NCBI RefSeq assembly: GCF_009914755.1
Contig: NC_060930.1
Direction: 5' to 3' (one strand)
Length of the DNA: 64,000 bases
Origin: the human T2T-CHM13v2.0 reference genome, Homo sapiens
In this document: positions 31,462 through 46,100 of the stretch, in pieces
Layout of the letters: each line of letters starts with the position of its first letter
Position numbering within the stretch: the stretch's first letter is position 1
Made by a program: the position numbers and the translations under genes
The notes under the pieces: model-generated
Told to the model about the DNA's origin: nothing
The model's input: the letters and a program-made list of their open reading frames with translations, nothing else
The model's database searches: none

Positions 31462-34400
31462 TATATATTTATTTTGATATTTTAGTTGAAAACAAAATTA
31501 ATACATGATTTCCAAACATATTTCAGTTGTTTTAGGTAGTAAACTGTGTATAGAATGCATATATATAATTTTAAAATATTTTATTGATTTGTTTGATACA
31601 ATAGAGTGTCTATATTTTCAAAAGACATTTCCAATTTATTTAGTGGGGATGTAGAAAACCCACAAGTCATTCAGCTTTGTGAAAGATGTTATAAAAATTA
31701 TTTTTATAGGTAAAATTTCCTGCAAAAAAGAAAACTTTACGTGCCTTATATCTTGATGGTAGCTGTGGCTATTTTTGTGTCATCCAGATAATTGCATATT
31801 AGTTAATTCAATTTAAATGGCCAGATGATTTTATCCTTTCCAATGCTAGCTTCAAGTCCTTGTTGATAACATCATTTACTTACTGAGTGTCCTTGTTTTT
31901 TTTTTTTTCTTAAAAAAAGCATAGTTTTATTTTTTATTATTAGAAACCTCTTGACCTTCTGACTTATCTGAGGACAGTCTGCCTGAAGTCTTTTAATTCT
32001 GGATTTACTGCTATTAAAATCCTTAGCAAGTTTTTACTGCAAGCTAAACATTTGCTTTTGACCTGTGATTAATTCAAATGTAAATCACTCTCATAGTTCT
32101 TTTAAAATAACTACTTTTTAAGTTTGGTATTTTATTTGCAAATAAATAGCTATATTGGTAAGAAATAATTTTTTACAAGACAAACCTATGTTTTTTTACG
32201 TAATATTATATGTGAGCCATTTTCCTTACTATTCTCAATTTAAAGCCACTCTTAATTTGATTGGACAATTGGGTGTTTTAGAAAAAAAATGTATATTGAT
32301 AGCCAGTGAATGGAACTACATGATAGCCATTGTATATTAAAAAATAGAATCCAGTTTTGAATGTCTAATTATAGTTTTTATTTTACTTTGACATTTGTAA
32401 AATTGCCTGAATTCATGGCAAACAATATTATGACTTTTCTTCAGAAATCTTATCATAAAATGATCAATAGATGATTATAATAATAATTTGTAATCCCATA
32501 ACAATCTCATAAAATAATAATCTCATAACAATAAGGAATAATCTTGGCTACATTAAATAAACTAAAATACAGTATACCATTATAACTTTAAGTAATAAGA
32601 ATAAGTCATAAGGATCTGTAATCAGCTTATTGATGAAGTTAATTTTCTATAACAAATATAAATTTTAAGTGGAAGTTAGAAGTCATAAATTCTAAAGTTG
32701 ATTATTTTATTGTTTTTAGTTATCCATTTAAGACTAAATCATATTTATTTTTCATTAAGATTATGTATTTTAAAAAATTGACCACAATTTAAATTTGTTA
32801 TCACTAACATATTACAAATCAGTAGAACTGATCATTGTTATCATTTCACTAAGCCTTTCAAATTCATTTGGATCTACTAAATAATACATTTAATAGCATA
32901 TTATCACAATGTTAGGTACAAAAATCCTTCTACTTCACCATGTACATCTGGTAACTTTCTGGTACTAACACTACCAATTAAATAATGTCGAGCAATTCAT
33001 GAATCATCTATAAAATTGGCTTAAAAATTTAATATAAATGATATTTATTGTTCAGTGATGTGATGATAGTTTAATAATTGGCTATGGCAGTGAAAAGGGC
33101 TTTCCTTTGTAGCATTTGCCAATTTTCATAGTTTAAATATTCCCACAATAACAAATATCAAACTACCAATGGGAGGGTCACCGAATACAGATTTGGGAAA
33201 AGAGATGCAAAATTAGTTATTGCAAGCCAGAATGAGCAGGCCCTAGGATACCACTAATATGTAATATGTTCAAGACAAGGGAAAAACAGTAAGCTGTAAA
33301 AGTTAATAGCAGGTAGTTCGGGTGGAATGTATTGACATACAAATATACACAATGTATGAAGAAGGATATGTGGAAGATAATGACAAGGTTGTAGAGCCTT
33401 GAAAGCAAAAGTAAAAAGTTAGGTTGTTATTAAGATAATTACAACCTCGGAAACAATTGTAAACTTAAAGTAAATGTCAGTTTATCCTCTTGCTCATTTA
33501 AATAAGTTTATACCTAAACAATTAGCATAACATTTTTGAGTTAACTGTATATGAACATATCTATGGACAAGAGAAATTATACCAGGAAGACTTTAGCTAT
33601 ATGATGTTTTCAGGGAATGAGTCATTGTGAATATTAATGTTTTCTTAATTATTGAGTTTTCAATACTAAATTACAAAAATTTAACTATTTACATGGAAAT
33701 TTTTTTAACTACAACATATTCTTTCCTGCTTATAATTTTTAACCAAAAGTTCTTAAAGGAATAAAACTCTTTAAGATAATTTAGTTGCAATATTATAAAC
33801 ATCAATTATTTTTACCTGAAATTTCAGTAATAGCTTCAGGGCCTGTATTAGAAGAAATAGGTTCCCTCGCAGGTAATAGGAAACTTCACCATGTTGTTTG
33901 AATTAATAGGGGATGATTGTGTTCATAGTCTCAAATTAGACAAAATTGAAACAGCAGCTGAAAGGTGTTATCAAGGAAACTAACACCTCTATCTATCTGC
34001 TACATCATTCTTAGAGACTTTTATCCTCATAGTTACAAGATATCCTTTGAAAGGCCAGGCATTTTATCTGTATCCCAGGCTGGGAAGAAGGGAGAAAAGA
34101 GAAAGAGCAACCTGCAAAAGTCTTCACCTTTTTATTCAGAAAGGAGATGCTTCCTCTCTGTATATCTTATTAACTAGAATTATTTTGCTTAGATCGCCCT
34201 AGCTGCAAGAGAGGCTGCAGAAATGGCTTTCTTTTATCTGAGCTTACTGCCACTTCAGTTCTTTTGTTAGAAAAGTGATATTGTTGGGTATGTTATTGGC
34301 AGTGGCTGCCAATAGGGATTTATTGAATTGTGAAGTAATGATTCATCACTCATGCAATTCTCTCAAAATTTTTATTTTAAGTGCTCATTTCTGAAATTTT

Positions 34401-36039
34401 CTTTTTCCTTCATTGTCATCAGTTATCAGAATGCCTGTCTCTAAGCAGTATAACTGCTCCCTTCTTGTTTGTTATTTTAAACCACATTTTCTTTAAAACA
34501 AGTTAATGAAACGTAAACGACGTATGAATAGTAAGTGCAAGTATTTCATGTCTTAGATTTCTGTTATACTTTCTTTCTGGTTCTGGTTTATATTGTTGAA
34601 ATTCAAATTTGCCGAACTAGTTTTGTGTAAGAAACATGAATCATTACTCTAATATTTTAAGTGATGCTACCAAAATATAAATTTTTAATGTTGTAGAAAA
34701 TAACTCTGATTTATTTTGATGTGGGATATACAAATACATCAATGTTTTTCCCAACTTCTCTATAGCCATGAAGAAGTTGGAGCAAAAAAAAAAAATAATA
34801 GTTGGTAAATTGATACCCTTCATAATGCCCATATAATATAAATGCATCATAGCATATTTTAGGAGAGCTTTTACAAATCATCAGATACTAAGCTGTTTCT
34901 AGGGGAAAATATCTCTATGATCAAATAAGGTCAGGAGAACTATGTAGTAGAGTTTTCTTTTAGGAATTCACTATTAACAAATTAAAGGCTCTGAAAATTC
35001 TTGCAATAAAGAAATCTGATTAGGTTTGTTGAACTAGCATTGCCCCAACACTTAGCCATGGGGCCTTTTTTTTTTCTCTGTTAATCTATTATCTCTAATT
35101 TTATGTTCTCTATTAGTTAACTTTCTGAATCAAAGATGTGAAGCATTGCTTTAACATATAAGTTCACTTCAATTTTTTATCTTCATCGTACACATTCTAA
35201 ATTGATTAAATCACTTGTAACAAGACTAAGAATCTAGTCTCCTGATTCCTAATGGAATTATCAGTGCTCATTTTGCTGATGTACATGGAAGCATAAGATC
35301 GTGTCACATCTATTTAAGTGATAGTTTATGACTTCATAGAACTTGTGTATAGATAACAATTTGAAGTTTTTAAAAAAATTACTGAAACAACATCATTGCT
35401 TCAATTTTTAATATCTTCTTTTAAGAAAGTACATACAATAAATGTGTAAATTTACATTTAGTTATAAAATTAAAGTCATTTAATTTTTTAAAAAAATGGC
35501 TGGTCTTAGGACAACCTGTTATTATTTATTAGTGAACTTGGTCAGAAATTCAAGTTTTGTTATTAATCAAAAAGATAATCATTGGATACTTAAGAATTTT
35601 CTAAATGCATAAAAATTTATGAAATCATTAGAAAGTTGGGAAAAATCCTCACAACCTAGCAAACAAATTCCCCTTTTTAATACTGTCAAATCATAATTTG
35701 GAAGCAAGCATATGATTAATGTAAAGTCCAATTTTGTTAGTATTATTACCTTCTGTGGTAAAGGAGAAAGTATGTTAGAAAACAGTTGATAATTTATTTT
35801 GTGTTTATTGCAAGAATGAAATTAGTTATCTATTCTTTATAAATGATCAGTACTCAAGGTGGATTAATTATGTAGATTTTAATTTCATCCACAGTTGTGA
35901 AACTATACATTTTTTACGATTATAATCTTTTTGTTGGAGTCTTATTAGTCTAGCTTATGACAAACAATGTACAAGCAGAACTGAAAGAAGGTCATTGTAT
36001 TTTAAATCTCATTTACATGTTAGACAAGAAATGACAATT

Positions 36040-37275
36040 ATTAATGTTCTACTTTTGGAATACAAGTATATAGTACAAAAAGCTAAAAGAGAAGTAGTGA
36101 ATTCAGTTCATATGTGAGTCTAGAGTGTCTAAAACTTGACTGTAGTGATATTAAAATGGTCTGTTTAGAGACAACTAGCAATTTTTATCTTCATGTCTCT
36201 AGTTTGCTCATCTTGTGTAGGTTGGACAGGTAGCAATTTTGAATGGCTCATCTTAAAATGAATGCAATTATCAAAGGATTATATGGTCCATCCTGCAAGG
36301 CATTCACTCATTTTAATCTTTCATTTGCAGCTTTCTGACTCCTTTTATACAATTTCATTTATAGTTAATGGGAAGTGTTATAGCTTAGTTTTAGCTTACT
36401 CCAAATAAAATATGTCGTTAGACAAAAGCTTCATAAATAGCAGTTATTCTTTCTCAAATTTGACCAAGTGTTGTTTGTTTCTTAAAGTTAGTAAAGTTAT
36501 ATTATTTATTTAGTTTGTGATCATAACACACAAAACAGCATGTATCCAAAACATTAAACTGATTATCATAATTTATAGCTAGATTGAGATTATATAAATT
36601 CATATTCCATCCTAAACATTAATGCACTTGTTTTTTTATTTAGTGATCTTTTCACCACCTAAAATTTATTACTACTACATCTATCAATCATCTACCTACC
36701 TATTTCTATTCATCCATGCATCAATTTATCAATAAGTATTAGCATATAAATCAGTGTGCAAAATTTATTTTTTAATGTCTCGCTCATTTATAATTTCTAA
36801 TATGTATATATTTGGAATAACCTGCCAGTCACTATACCTACTCTTTCAGAAATAAAAAATTGAATTTTTATTTATTGTTTGATTAAATGGAATAGTACTA
36901 CATGGGGAAATGATGACTTTATGAATAAATATTCTGGATAATAAAAGTAGTTTTTACTAGAGCAACTAAAGAAAATATGCTGTAGTTTAATACAGCAACT
37001 AAAAATAGTTTGATTTTCTTAACTCAAATATTAAAGTGCATTTAGATATTTTATTGTATAATAAATCATATACAAAATATTGTTTCAAAAATTCCACTCA
37101 TTGAGAGAAATTAATGATTAATGTTCTACTTCTTTTGGAATACATGTACCATAGTACAAAAAGCTAGAAAATAACTAGTGAATTCCGCTCCTATGTGAGC
37201 CTAGAATATTGAAAGCTTGACTGTAGTGATATTAAAATTGCCTGTCTAGAGACAATTAGCAATTTCTCTTTTCAT
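36040..37275. repeat. Diverged ~155-bp direct repeat pair (36040-36194 and 37117-37275)
   Basis: Shared blocks ttaatgttctactt, atagtacaaaaagcta, tagtgaattc, cttgactgtagtgatattaaaat, tagagacaa.tagcaattt. Confidence 0.9.
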
Positions 37276-37365
37276 TTTTGACCCAGGGAATTTGAAGGAC
37301 TTTTGTGTGAAAGAATTTCCTGCAGATTATTAAACTTTCTTGAATCATAACTATAAAACAAGATC

Positions 37366-37410
37366 TGTGTGTGTGTGTGTGTGTGTGTTTGTGTGTGTGT
37401 TTGTGTGTGT
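37366..37410. repeat. Interrupted (TG)n microsatellite
   Basis: Seen directly. Confidence 0.9.
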
Positions 37411-39263
37411 TTAAACCTTGGGATAAAGACTGTAAACTCCAGAGACTTAAAACCATTTACTCCCAAATTTTTGAGTATGCTCTCACTAAGAAGTGTGGAG
37501 AAATGCAAACGTAATGCATGTTCTGTCTAAGTGGAGGGATTTAAAATTTATTATTGGGAAAGGACAAATGTACATGGGAAGGCACCAGATGCTATTCAAT
37601 TAGTCCACCTGAAGATAGCACTGTAAAAGGCATAAAAAGCAGGCTCAAGAAGTAGTTAATAAGAATGGATGGCATTTCAGTGTTGAGAATTGCCTGCAGA
37701 GGATGTAATCCTAATGGTATATTTGTCTATAATGTATCTAAAAACAATACACCAGAGTACAACAAGTAGCAATTTTATTTGTAGTTTCTGCCTCTATTAA
37801 CCACCTGTTGTCTACCTGAGATTTGATTTACTTGACCTCATAAATACTGGTCCGCACTAGAGTGTGGTAGCACAGCAAAGAACAACAAATTGTTGATTGC
37901 TATTTTTCCTCATATGTTATTTTACAAACTTATCACTTGTTGCACAGTTGTGAACTTTGTACAAAGGCAAGAAGCATTTTGAATAACATGGTAAAATGAC
38001 TACAATCATAAAGATTTTGCTAACAGTTTCTCAGAGATTTGCAGTATAAAGCTAATGAAACTGCTGAATGTAATTCTGAAAATCTTCTGGATATGATATT
38101 TTGAAAGCAGAGGTATAAAGAAGTGTATCAACTGTACAACATGTTAAGGAATATATATTAGATATATAACATTTAAATAAGACATTGGGACATAGGTATT
38201 TTATTTTCTAATACAAAGTCTTAAGTTCTTGCAAAACTTTTAAATAGACCAAATTAGGTTAGTGGAATAACAATAGTTTATAAACATCATCTGAATGCTT
38301 TAAGACATTTAGGGAAACTTAATTGTGTGATTAAAAACGATAAAAGTGCATACAGCATTTCAAATAAACCTATGGAGTTCTAGGCCCCTGTCTGATTTAA
38401 AAGAAAAAAAAAGCTGAGCATATCATTATTGGAACCTCATGCTTGAATGAAGAAGCTGAAACTTAAAGAAATAAGATGACCTAACAAGAATCCATATTTA
38501 ATCATAGAACTGGAGCCAGATTGGTGACCGCCTGCAGTGCACCACAGTACGAAAGCAACATTTAGCCACCCAGTGACAGAACTTTACTTTCACAACTGTA
38601 AGTAAAGTTCAAAGTTTAAGTCTTGAGCATGCAGGACTTTAACACTCGTAGCTAACATTGGGTTTTGCGGTTTTTAAGAGGAATCTGTTTCTTCATAATA
38701 TTTAATGTTACTTTAGGTATTAGGTTATTCTTTTTTATCTTTTTTTCTTTCTTCTTTTAGAAGATCTTAAAATGGTTTCAATCCATAAAATATGACTACG
38801 GCATAAACTTTAGAGTTCTATCAGCTATGTAGTGTGTAGCAATATGCTACATTTTAGTTTTTCACTTATTTCCTCATTTATCCTTTAAGACATTAAGTAG
38901 ACGCTAATCTTTGTGCATTCACTCACTGTTTTTCAGGGTCTTTGGAATTTTCTTCCTCCTCTCCCCTTTTATCTTCCTCCTCCTTCTTCATTTTCTGTAA
39001 GAGTGAAGAGCACATTTCCGAATTTCCCCTTTCTTTCTCTTCCTACTGTTTCAGTAGTTACTGATAGGAGTTTTTCAGCATGATTTGGCCACTGTTTTTT
39101 CAGTCCTACATCATTCTGTCCGAGCTGTCATTTAGTAAAGATTAAATTTAGAAGAAAATTTTATTTATTATATTGTATTTGGTTGTTTTAAAATATAAAT
39201 AAAAATTTGAAGCTGGACTAGATTTAATAAGAAATTGTTGAGTCATTTTATTATGTGCAGCTA

Positions 39264-39349
39264 TTAAGTTGGTGCAAAAATAATTACGGTTTTGCCAAAA
39301 GTACATTAAAATTAATGGCAAAAACCACAATTATTTTGCACCAGCCTAA
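39264..39349. mobile_element. MADE1 (Hsmar1-derived mariner MITE)
   Basis: ttaagttggtgcaaaaataattacggttttgcc ... ggcaaaaaccacaattattttgcaccagcctaa; palindromic, TA on both sides. Confidence 0.92.
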
Positions 39350-41850
39350 TATTTTTACATACTAGTATTTATTGAACTTTTTCCTTATTATCCTTCATGC
39401 AGCTTAGATGATATATGAATGTTTATATCTAAGCTAACTTGAAGGAGGAAAGATTTTTGTTGTAGTCAATTTACCTATTCCTTGATTATTATCTTTTTAG
39501 TACATTACAGATAAATATATTTACCTATAATGCTATATTTATATAAAAATTTTAGAACCTATAAGTTAATGTTACCATAAAAAAGATCCAGGGAAGAGGA
39601 AGAGAGTAAATAGATATTAGAACTTACAATAAATAGTAAATAATTATATAAAATAATGTAGGCTAATTTATTAAACTTGCTGTCTTTCAATTAATAAATT
39701 TGCAAAGTGTAATATGTTTAACAAATGAGTGCATACATTCAAGTAAAAATATTTCTATGAAAAGACAGATAAGATAGGAAGGATAAAAATGGAGATATAA
39801 TGTTCATAGCACATTCAGACAAACTAAGGCAAATGAAATATCAATCATATTGAGAACATCATAAAATTCTTTTGGAATGAAAAGGTGTTTTTATGCCCCT
39901 CCCTTGTTTTATACATAAGATAACTGAGGCACTGAGTGGTTGAAAGACATACTAGAGATCACACAGTCAAAGGTGCAAGAGGACTGGAAATAGGGCTCTC
40001 AACTAGTATAGAAATTAAAGGATTCTCTTCAAAAAAATAATTTTAAACAGTGTTTGAAATTATTAGTAAAACCCAACTTCAAAGTAAAAAACACAAAGGT
40101 TATTCTGTAACTTTTATTAAGGTACTACCAGCTGTTACACAGGGATAAAATATTATTAATAAAAATAATTGACCTCATAATCAGTATAAAAGAGATTTTG
40201 ATGGTAAATATTTGGACAGATTTTACTGAAGTACACCAAATAAGAAAAAAATATATAAACATGATTATTGTTATAATGTCCTATAAATCTCTATAAATAG
40301 GAACAGGAAGGAATAATTTAAATGCCTGCAATGAGGGTTTCAGAGTGAGTAAAAAATTTTTGGATGCTGAAGGAAGATAGGGTTTTCTTTTTCTTTTTTT
40401 TTTTTTTAAAGATCATTTGGGATTTAGGGAAAAAAGTGTCTACTGCTATAAGAAGTTGGAACAGTTCTATTTGTTTAGTGAAGTAGATAGTCAAGCTTGA
40501 GATGAAAAAATATTTTGAGAAATTAAATAACTGATAGCTCAAAGAAATGAGTAGTCACAGATGGACTTCTTGGCCTTCTTTCGTGAGCACATTTCCTGTT
40601 TTATTGGCTTTGGATAAGTAAAGCTCTTCAAATGAATAAAAAATGAAGAAGAAAAAAGCATCCTTGGGAAATGCATAAAATATGTTCATTGCCTTTTTGA
40701 AAAAAATAATGTGTGTATGTGTGTAAGTGTGTTTCTGTATATCTGTGTACATATACACACATACAGATATATATGCATTGTATAATACAGAACACAATGA
40801 ATAGATATATATAGATTAATTCTCATTAACCAGAATTCATAAACAATTCTCAAAGGCATTAAGAAATAATGCAATTTTTAACATCTACATGTAGAGAATA
40901 AAAAATTTTAATTATGTAAAATAATATAATGCAGCACTATCAGAAATAAAAATCTGATAAAATCAGAAATGTTATGAGTTTTGAGAACAGATAAACTGAT
41001 AGAAGTGTTGTATAAAATCTCTAGTAATTGTTTTAAAAATAATGTATTATTAAAACTCTTAGTATATGTAGTTATAGAATTTGAGTATTAAACAGAATCA
41101 CTTAAATTATTTTAAATATCTTTATAAAGAATCAGAAACATTTAATAAATATTGGCAGTGGTATATGTTTCTAAATTAAAAATAGAATGTCTGCTTATAA
41201 TCAAATGCATAAACATGCTGTATATGCTAAACAGTTTAGTCAGTTTTTGCACTAAAAACTATTATCTGCAAGTTAAAATATTATAATTAAACAGTCATTT
41301 TTATGACTATCTAGCAATATGGCCCAAGTGACTGGGGGATTTTGTTTGGTTTTTTTAAATCTTGATTTTAAATTTGAGTCAATTGTTACTAATTTACTAT
41401 TATTATACTCTCTAATGTTTGCTTTGGCCATAAGTAATAACATAAGAAAAAATATATTCTTCCATTCTTAAAGTGAAAGGAGATAGAAGCCAAATAGTTA
41501 AATATGAATGTCATCAGTTCAAATCAAGTGTTAGCAATGTATAATTTTGTGAGGTTTTTCATTGGTAAATACATAGTACTTATTTATAAGGAAAGAACAT
41601 AGACCTAATCATATTGTATATTTGAGCATGTTGTACATGTGAATCATATGACTTTCAGGTGTATTCTCTGTTTTTTATTTTATACAAATAAAATAATAGA
41701 TCTGCCTTTTAAATAATAGATCTTACCATTTATCTTGAAATTGAAACAAAGAAGATCATTAGAGAGCTACAGAATGCCATAGAAATTACAGGAAAAGAAT
41801 TAGGTGACTATAACTAAAGGGGGTCACAGTAAAATAATACCAACATACAC

Positions 41851-41881
<31 letters not shown>

Positions 41882-41882
41882 A
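41851..41882. repeat. (CA)n microsatellite
   Basis: Seen directly. Confidence 0.9.
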
Positions 41883-41892
41883 AGCATTGGCT

Positions 41893-41954
41893 AATAATTT
41901 TTCAGGTATCTTTATCTAAGATAAATAATTTTTCAAGTATCTTTATCTAAGATA
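41893..41954. repeat. 31-bp tandem duplication with one mismatch
   Basis: aataatttttca(g/a)gtatctttatctaagata twice. Confidence 0.92.
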
Positions 41955-43054
41955 ATTTTTGTTTTACCCTTCAGTGGATTTACTTCACATATATGTATAG
42001 TGGCCCCTTAAAGAGAGGCAGCCAAACAAACACTGCATTTGTATTATTGCTTTCTTATTTCTACCATATAAAATGTAAGGGCTGTTTTGTCTTCTGTTGG
42101 GGATACAGTAAACAAGGGAGAAATGAGCTGGTAAGGAGAGGATAAACTACATCTGGAAAAGTCAGAGCTAGTTTGAGATGGGTAAGCATGTAAAGAGAGG
42201 AAGAAAGAAGGAATAATGAATGCCAATCAGGAAGTTGGGGCTATAGCCAAGAATTTTAACTGTAGCCTCCCCAGCAATATGAGGTGCCTGTCACAATTAC
42301 AAAACCGTTTGCCTCATTACATGAATCAGTCAAATGATCAGACCAAATTGGTATTACATTTCATCAATAGATTCTTGATTTTTACTGAATCAAGAATATT
42401 ATTATTTATAGTTTTATAAAATTCAGGAAAATATGTATCCACTCTTGTAAATGTATTTGGGTAGCTTTATTGTATCTGCTACTGGTTCAGAATGTTTTAT
42501 TTTGGGAGATGCTGACTTAAAGATTATCCTAGACAGCCTTTAAACTTAAAGGTAATCATTATTTGTAACACTTTGATTTATTTTTAATCAACTATTTTAA
42601 CATTGCCGTTCCTTTACCTCATATTGAATCTTAACTTACTGGAAGCCCCTATTCTCAAAAATTTGCCTTTAATACTATTCAAATAATGGTCCCATCCAAA
42701 GTTCTCACAAAACATTGTTTGTTTTCTACGTAAAACAACATTCAAAGAGTAAAAATAACTTGAGAACATTTAGTCTAATATGATCATTTTTCAGGGAGGA
42801 AAAGTGAGGTGAAGTGACTCATCTTATTACACAATAATACACACACATAATTTAAGTATGTAAGTTGAAAATCATGAGCTTTAATTGCATTATTATAATA
42901 AAGGTTTTACAAAATCCTGTCCTGCTTAAGTAATTACCCTTGTAATGTCTACCCTTGTGAGTGAATAGATAATAAGTAAGGATTTATTTTCAAAAAGATA
43001 ATAAACTTGTGGGTTATCAATTCTAGAAAGAAGCTTTAGTGATTACCAGGGGCA

Positions 43055-43057
<3 letters not shown>

Positions 43058-43090
<33 letters not shown>

Positions 43091-43116
43091 AAACACACAC
43101 ACACAAACACACACAC
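43058..43116. repeat. Interrupted (CA)n microsatellite
   Basis: Seen directly. Confidence 0.9.
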
Positions 43117-46100
43117 AGAGACCGAGAGAGAGAAATCAGCATTATAGACAAGACTATATAATCTGTTGTATCAAGACAACTATCAATTATATTTTTTGTT
43201 GGGTATACGGCTAACTTGCACAGACATCCTAAAACATTATTTAAAAAAATGGTTGGCAAATAGAACAAGTAATCAGAGGAAGAGCAGAACCTTTAAAAAA
43301 CTCGTTTTCAAGGCAGCAAAAAACTCTAACAGACTCTCTTAAGAAGTGTTTTAGCTCCCACTATTTAGCATTAATAAGTGTGAAAGGGATTCCCAGTCTC
43401 AGGCCTACATCCCTGTCAGCTCTTAGTATTTACGTGCAGCTCCTTAATTCATGCTCGAAGATTATGTTATCAACAATGATTACCAGTGGTGGGAAAGCCG
43501 GGCTTGAAAAGGCTGAATAATGGCTAAGACTCGCTTCTCTTCGTGCACATTTAGAAGCAGTGCTTTCATTGATAGCCAAAATCCTGCTAACAGGGGTGGG
43601 TATTATTGTGCCTACTCCTCAGTTTCATGAAGAGATCTGTTGTTTCTTAGAATTTCCACGCCACCTCATCTAGTTTCATGTTGTTTTTCCTTGTGTCATT
43701 AAAAAATACCTTGTTCCCACTTTTTCTGAGTGCTGTTTCCACTGAGGCTGGCCATCCAGCAGTGGCCTGAGGTTCTTAATATTTCTCTTTATTTTTTAAA
43801 GGAAATGCATCTTATGAGGTAGTGTTTACAAACCAGTCATATTTTAGATCCCACCACTCATTCTGTTGAAGAAACTTGCACTTAAGATGAGAGTAATGCA
43901 AAACTCATTTAAAAATTCTTTATAGGTTAATAATCATTCTGATATTTTGTTTATTTTTCAGAAAAATATGTTACTCGATAAAACACAGAAATAGTATGAT
44001 TCTGGATATATTTTATTTTTGAATTTAAAGCAGTAAGATTGATTCCATCAGTAGTTTAAATACAAAATAAATCTGCTCAAGAAGTAGATCACAAAAAAGA
44101 CAGGTAGACTGGGTAAACAAGGAATTCATACAAATACTCTTTGTCCAAAGTGTCCAAAATTTACTAGCTATCAATATTACTACATTGCTCTCGCTTAATA
44201 AAATACACACGGAAGAACAGATACATTTTAGTGATTGTTTTATTAACTCTATAATACCTCTATTATGCCCAAGGAACTCCTGTGTGCAATTTATTGAAAA
44301 GCATTAGTATGATAATTATTCATGGAAAAAGCAGCTCTGCTCTGAATCTTCTACATCCACTGGCATCTACATTCTACATAACACTGAACAAAGTGCTAAA
44401 GAATTTCATTTTTCTGTGTATATGGACCCAATGAAACAATAGTATTTTTGAGCACTTATTCTATTTTCAGTATTGTTCTAATGCTGTAAGAGATGTAAAA
44501 TTAAAATGACATACTTCATTCATTTAATCTATTAGTAAGTGAATTAAGGCTTTAACATATGAAAATGATATCAAATGGGCAATAATGAAGTGAGCATTTT
44601 AGGTGGAGGAGGCTAAAATAAATATGGAGCAGCATATTTACCTTTCAAGGAGTGTATCATCCAATAAGTGAATTATGCTTTAAAATATAAGTAGAATATT
44701 AATGAGCTGTAATAAAGGAACATTTTTCCTGGGAGGAAGAACATTAACAAAGTAAAGAGATCTTAATATGAATGCTATGTAAGATGTTATATGAGTGTCA
44801 TGTATGAGATATTTTTGATCTATTTAGATAAACCATAAGACTCTTGTTAGAGCATAGTAGAAAAAATGATATGACTCAGCTTTCTAAAGCCTTGAATATT
44901 GGGCAGAAGAGGTTAGAGTTTATAAAAAAGAAATATTGGTTTCTTGCAGATTCTTGATCAATGAATAAAAAGTATTAAAGTTTGAGAAGATTTACTTAAT
45001 AGTCATAAATAGAAAAGACAAAAGAGATATAGGTGAGAGAATCAAAAGATAGGGAGATGTGTTGGTTTGGAGGTAATTAGAGCCCACCAAAAATTGTAGT
45101 AATAAGGGGAGTGTGAAATAAAAATGGAAAGGCAAATTCAGGAATTATTTTGAAAAAAATAGGCAATAAACTTTGGTGATGTACTAGATGTGGATATTTA
45201 AGAAAAAGATAGATGATTTTAAGAATTCTAATCTGGATTGTGGGACAATGCTTGGATTACCTGCCACATTGGTTGAATATAGACAGGTTGTCAGTTTGGT
45301 ATGGAGAGCATGATCAATTTGATATTGGTCATGCTGAGTATGAAGTATAGCATTACCCCCAGTTACATCTATCTGTGGTCAGATGTAATATGGAATGGGT
45401 TGAGCACTGGTGAGATACCAGTGAATTCAGCTATATAGATATTCTAGCTAATCCAAAATCGGCAAGGGGCTATTCCAAGAAAAGAGCAAATAGGCTAGCT
45501 GTATATTAGTATGGATGATAATGACTATATTAAGAATCTGTCGACATTATAGTCCTTGCAATGTGGGAGTTACTTTGGTTTGGAGTGTGAGTCGTATTAC
45601 TGATCCTGACGATGTGTTGCCCCCCCACCACACCCAAGTGTTACTCTTTCTAATTGGAAACCTTTTGGCATAGTGCTAACTAGCTAATATGCTGCATTCA
45701 CTTTTATTTACTCTTATCAAATGGGATTATGAGTGTGTGATATCAGGTTTCTTGAGCTTTCAGTTATATTCAATTGAACCAAATATATTTACATTCAGTT
45801 GTGTTTATTTTATTTAAAACCATCTTCCTAAATTGTAAACTGATATATTATTTCTTAGCTTACATAAAAGTGTTTTCTAAATGTTTTATTACTTTCATTC
45901 CTTTCTTAACCATAGTTTAACTTCATCCAACTTCAAAACATCACCATATCATTTTACATTATGAAGCCTTTTACATCTAAGTATGGAAAACGCAATATAG
46001 CCTTAACTAACATCCTGCTCATTAATGATTTGGAAGGTAACTGAAATTAATTATAGCTAGGAAAATCTTTTCCTTAGAAACTAACTCTAAAAGTACTTAA

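Noticed and set aside
45587-45599. GTGAGTCGTATTA, the reverse complement of the first 13 nt of the T7 promoter
   Set aside because: It lacks the TATAG part and has no vector sequence on either side; most likely chance.
45630-45640. ACACCCAAGTG, complementary to the Y/C site region
   Set aside because: Only 10-11 bp with no extension; plausible by chance in a 35-kb intron.
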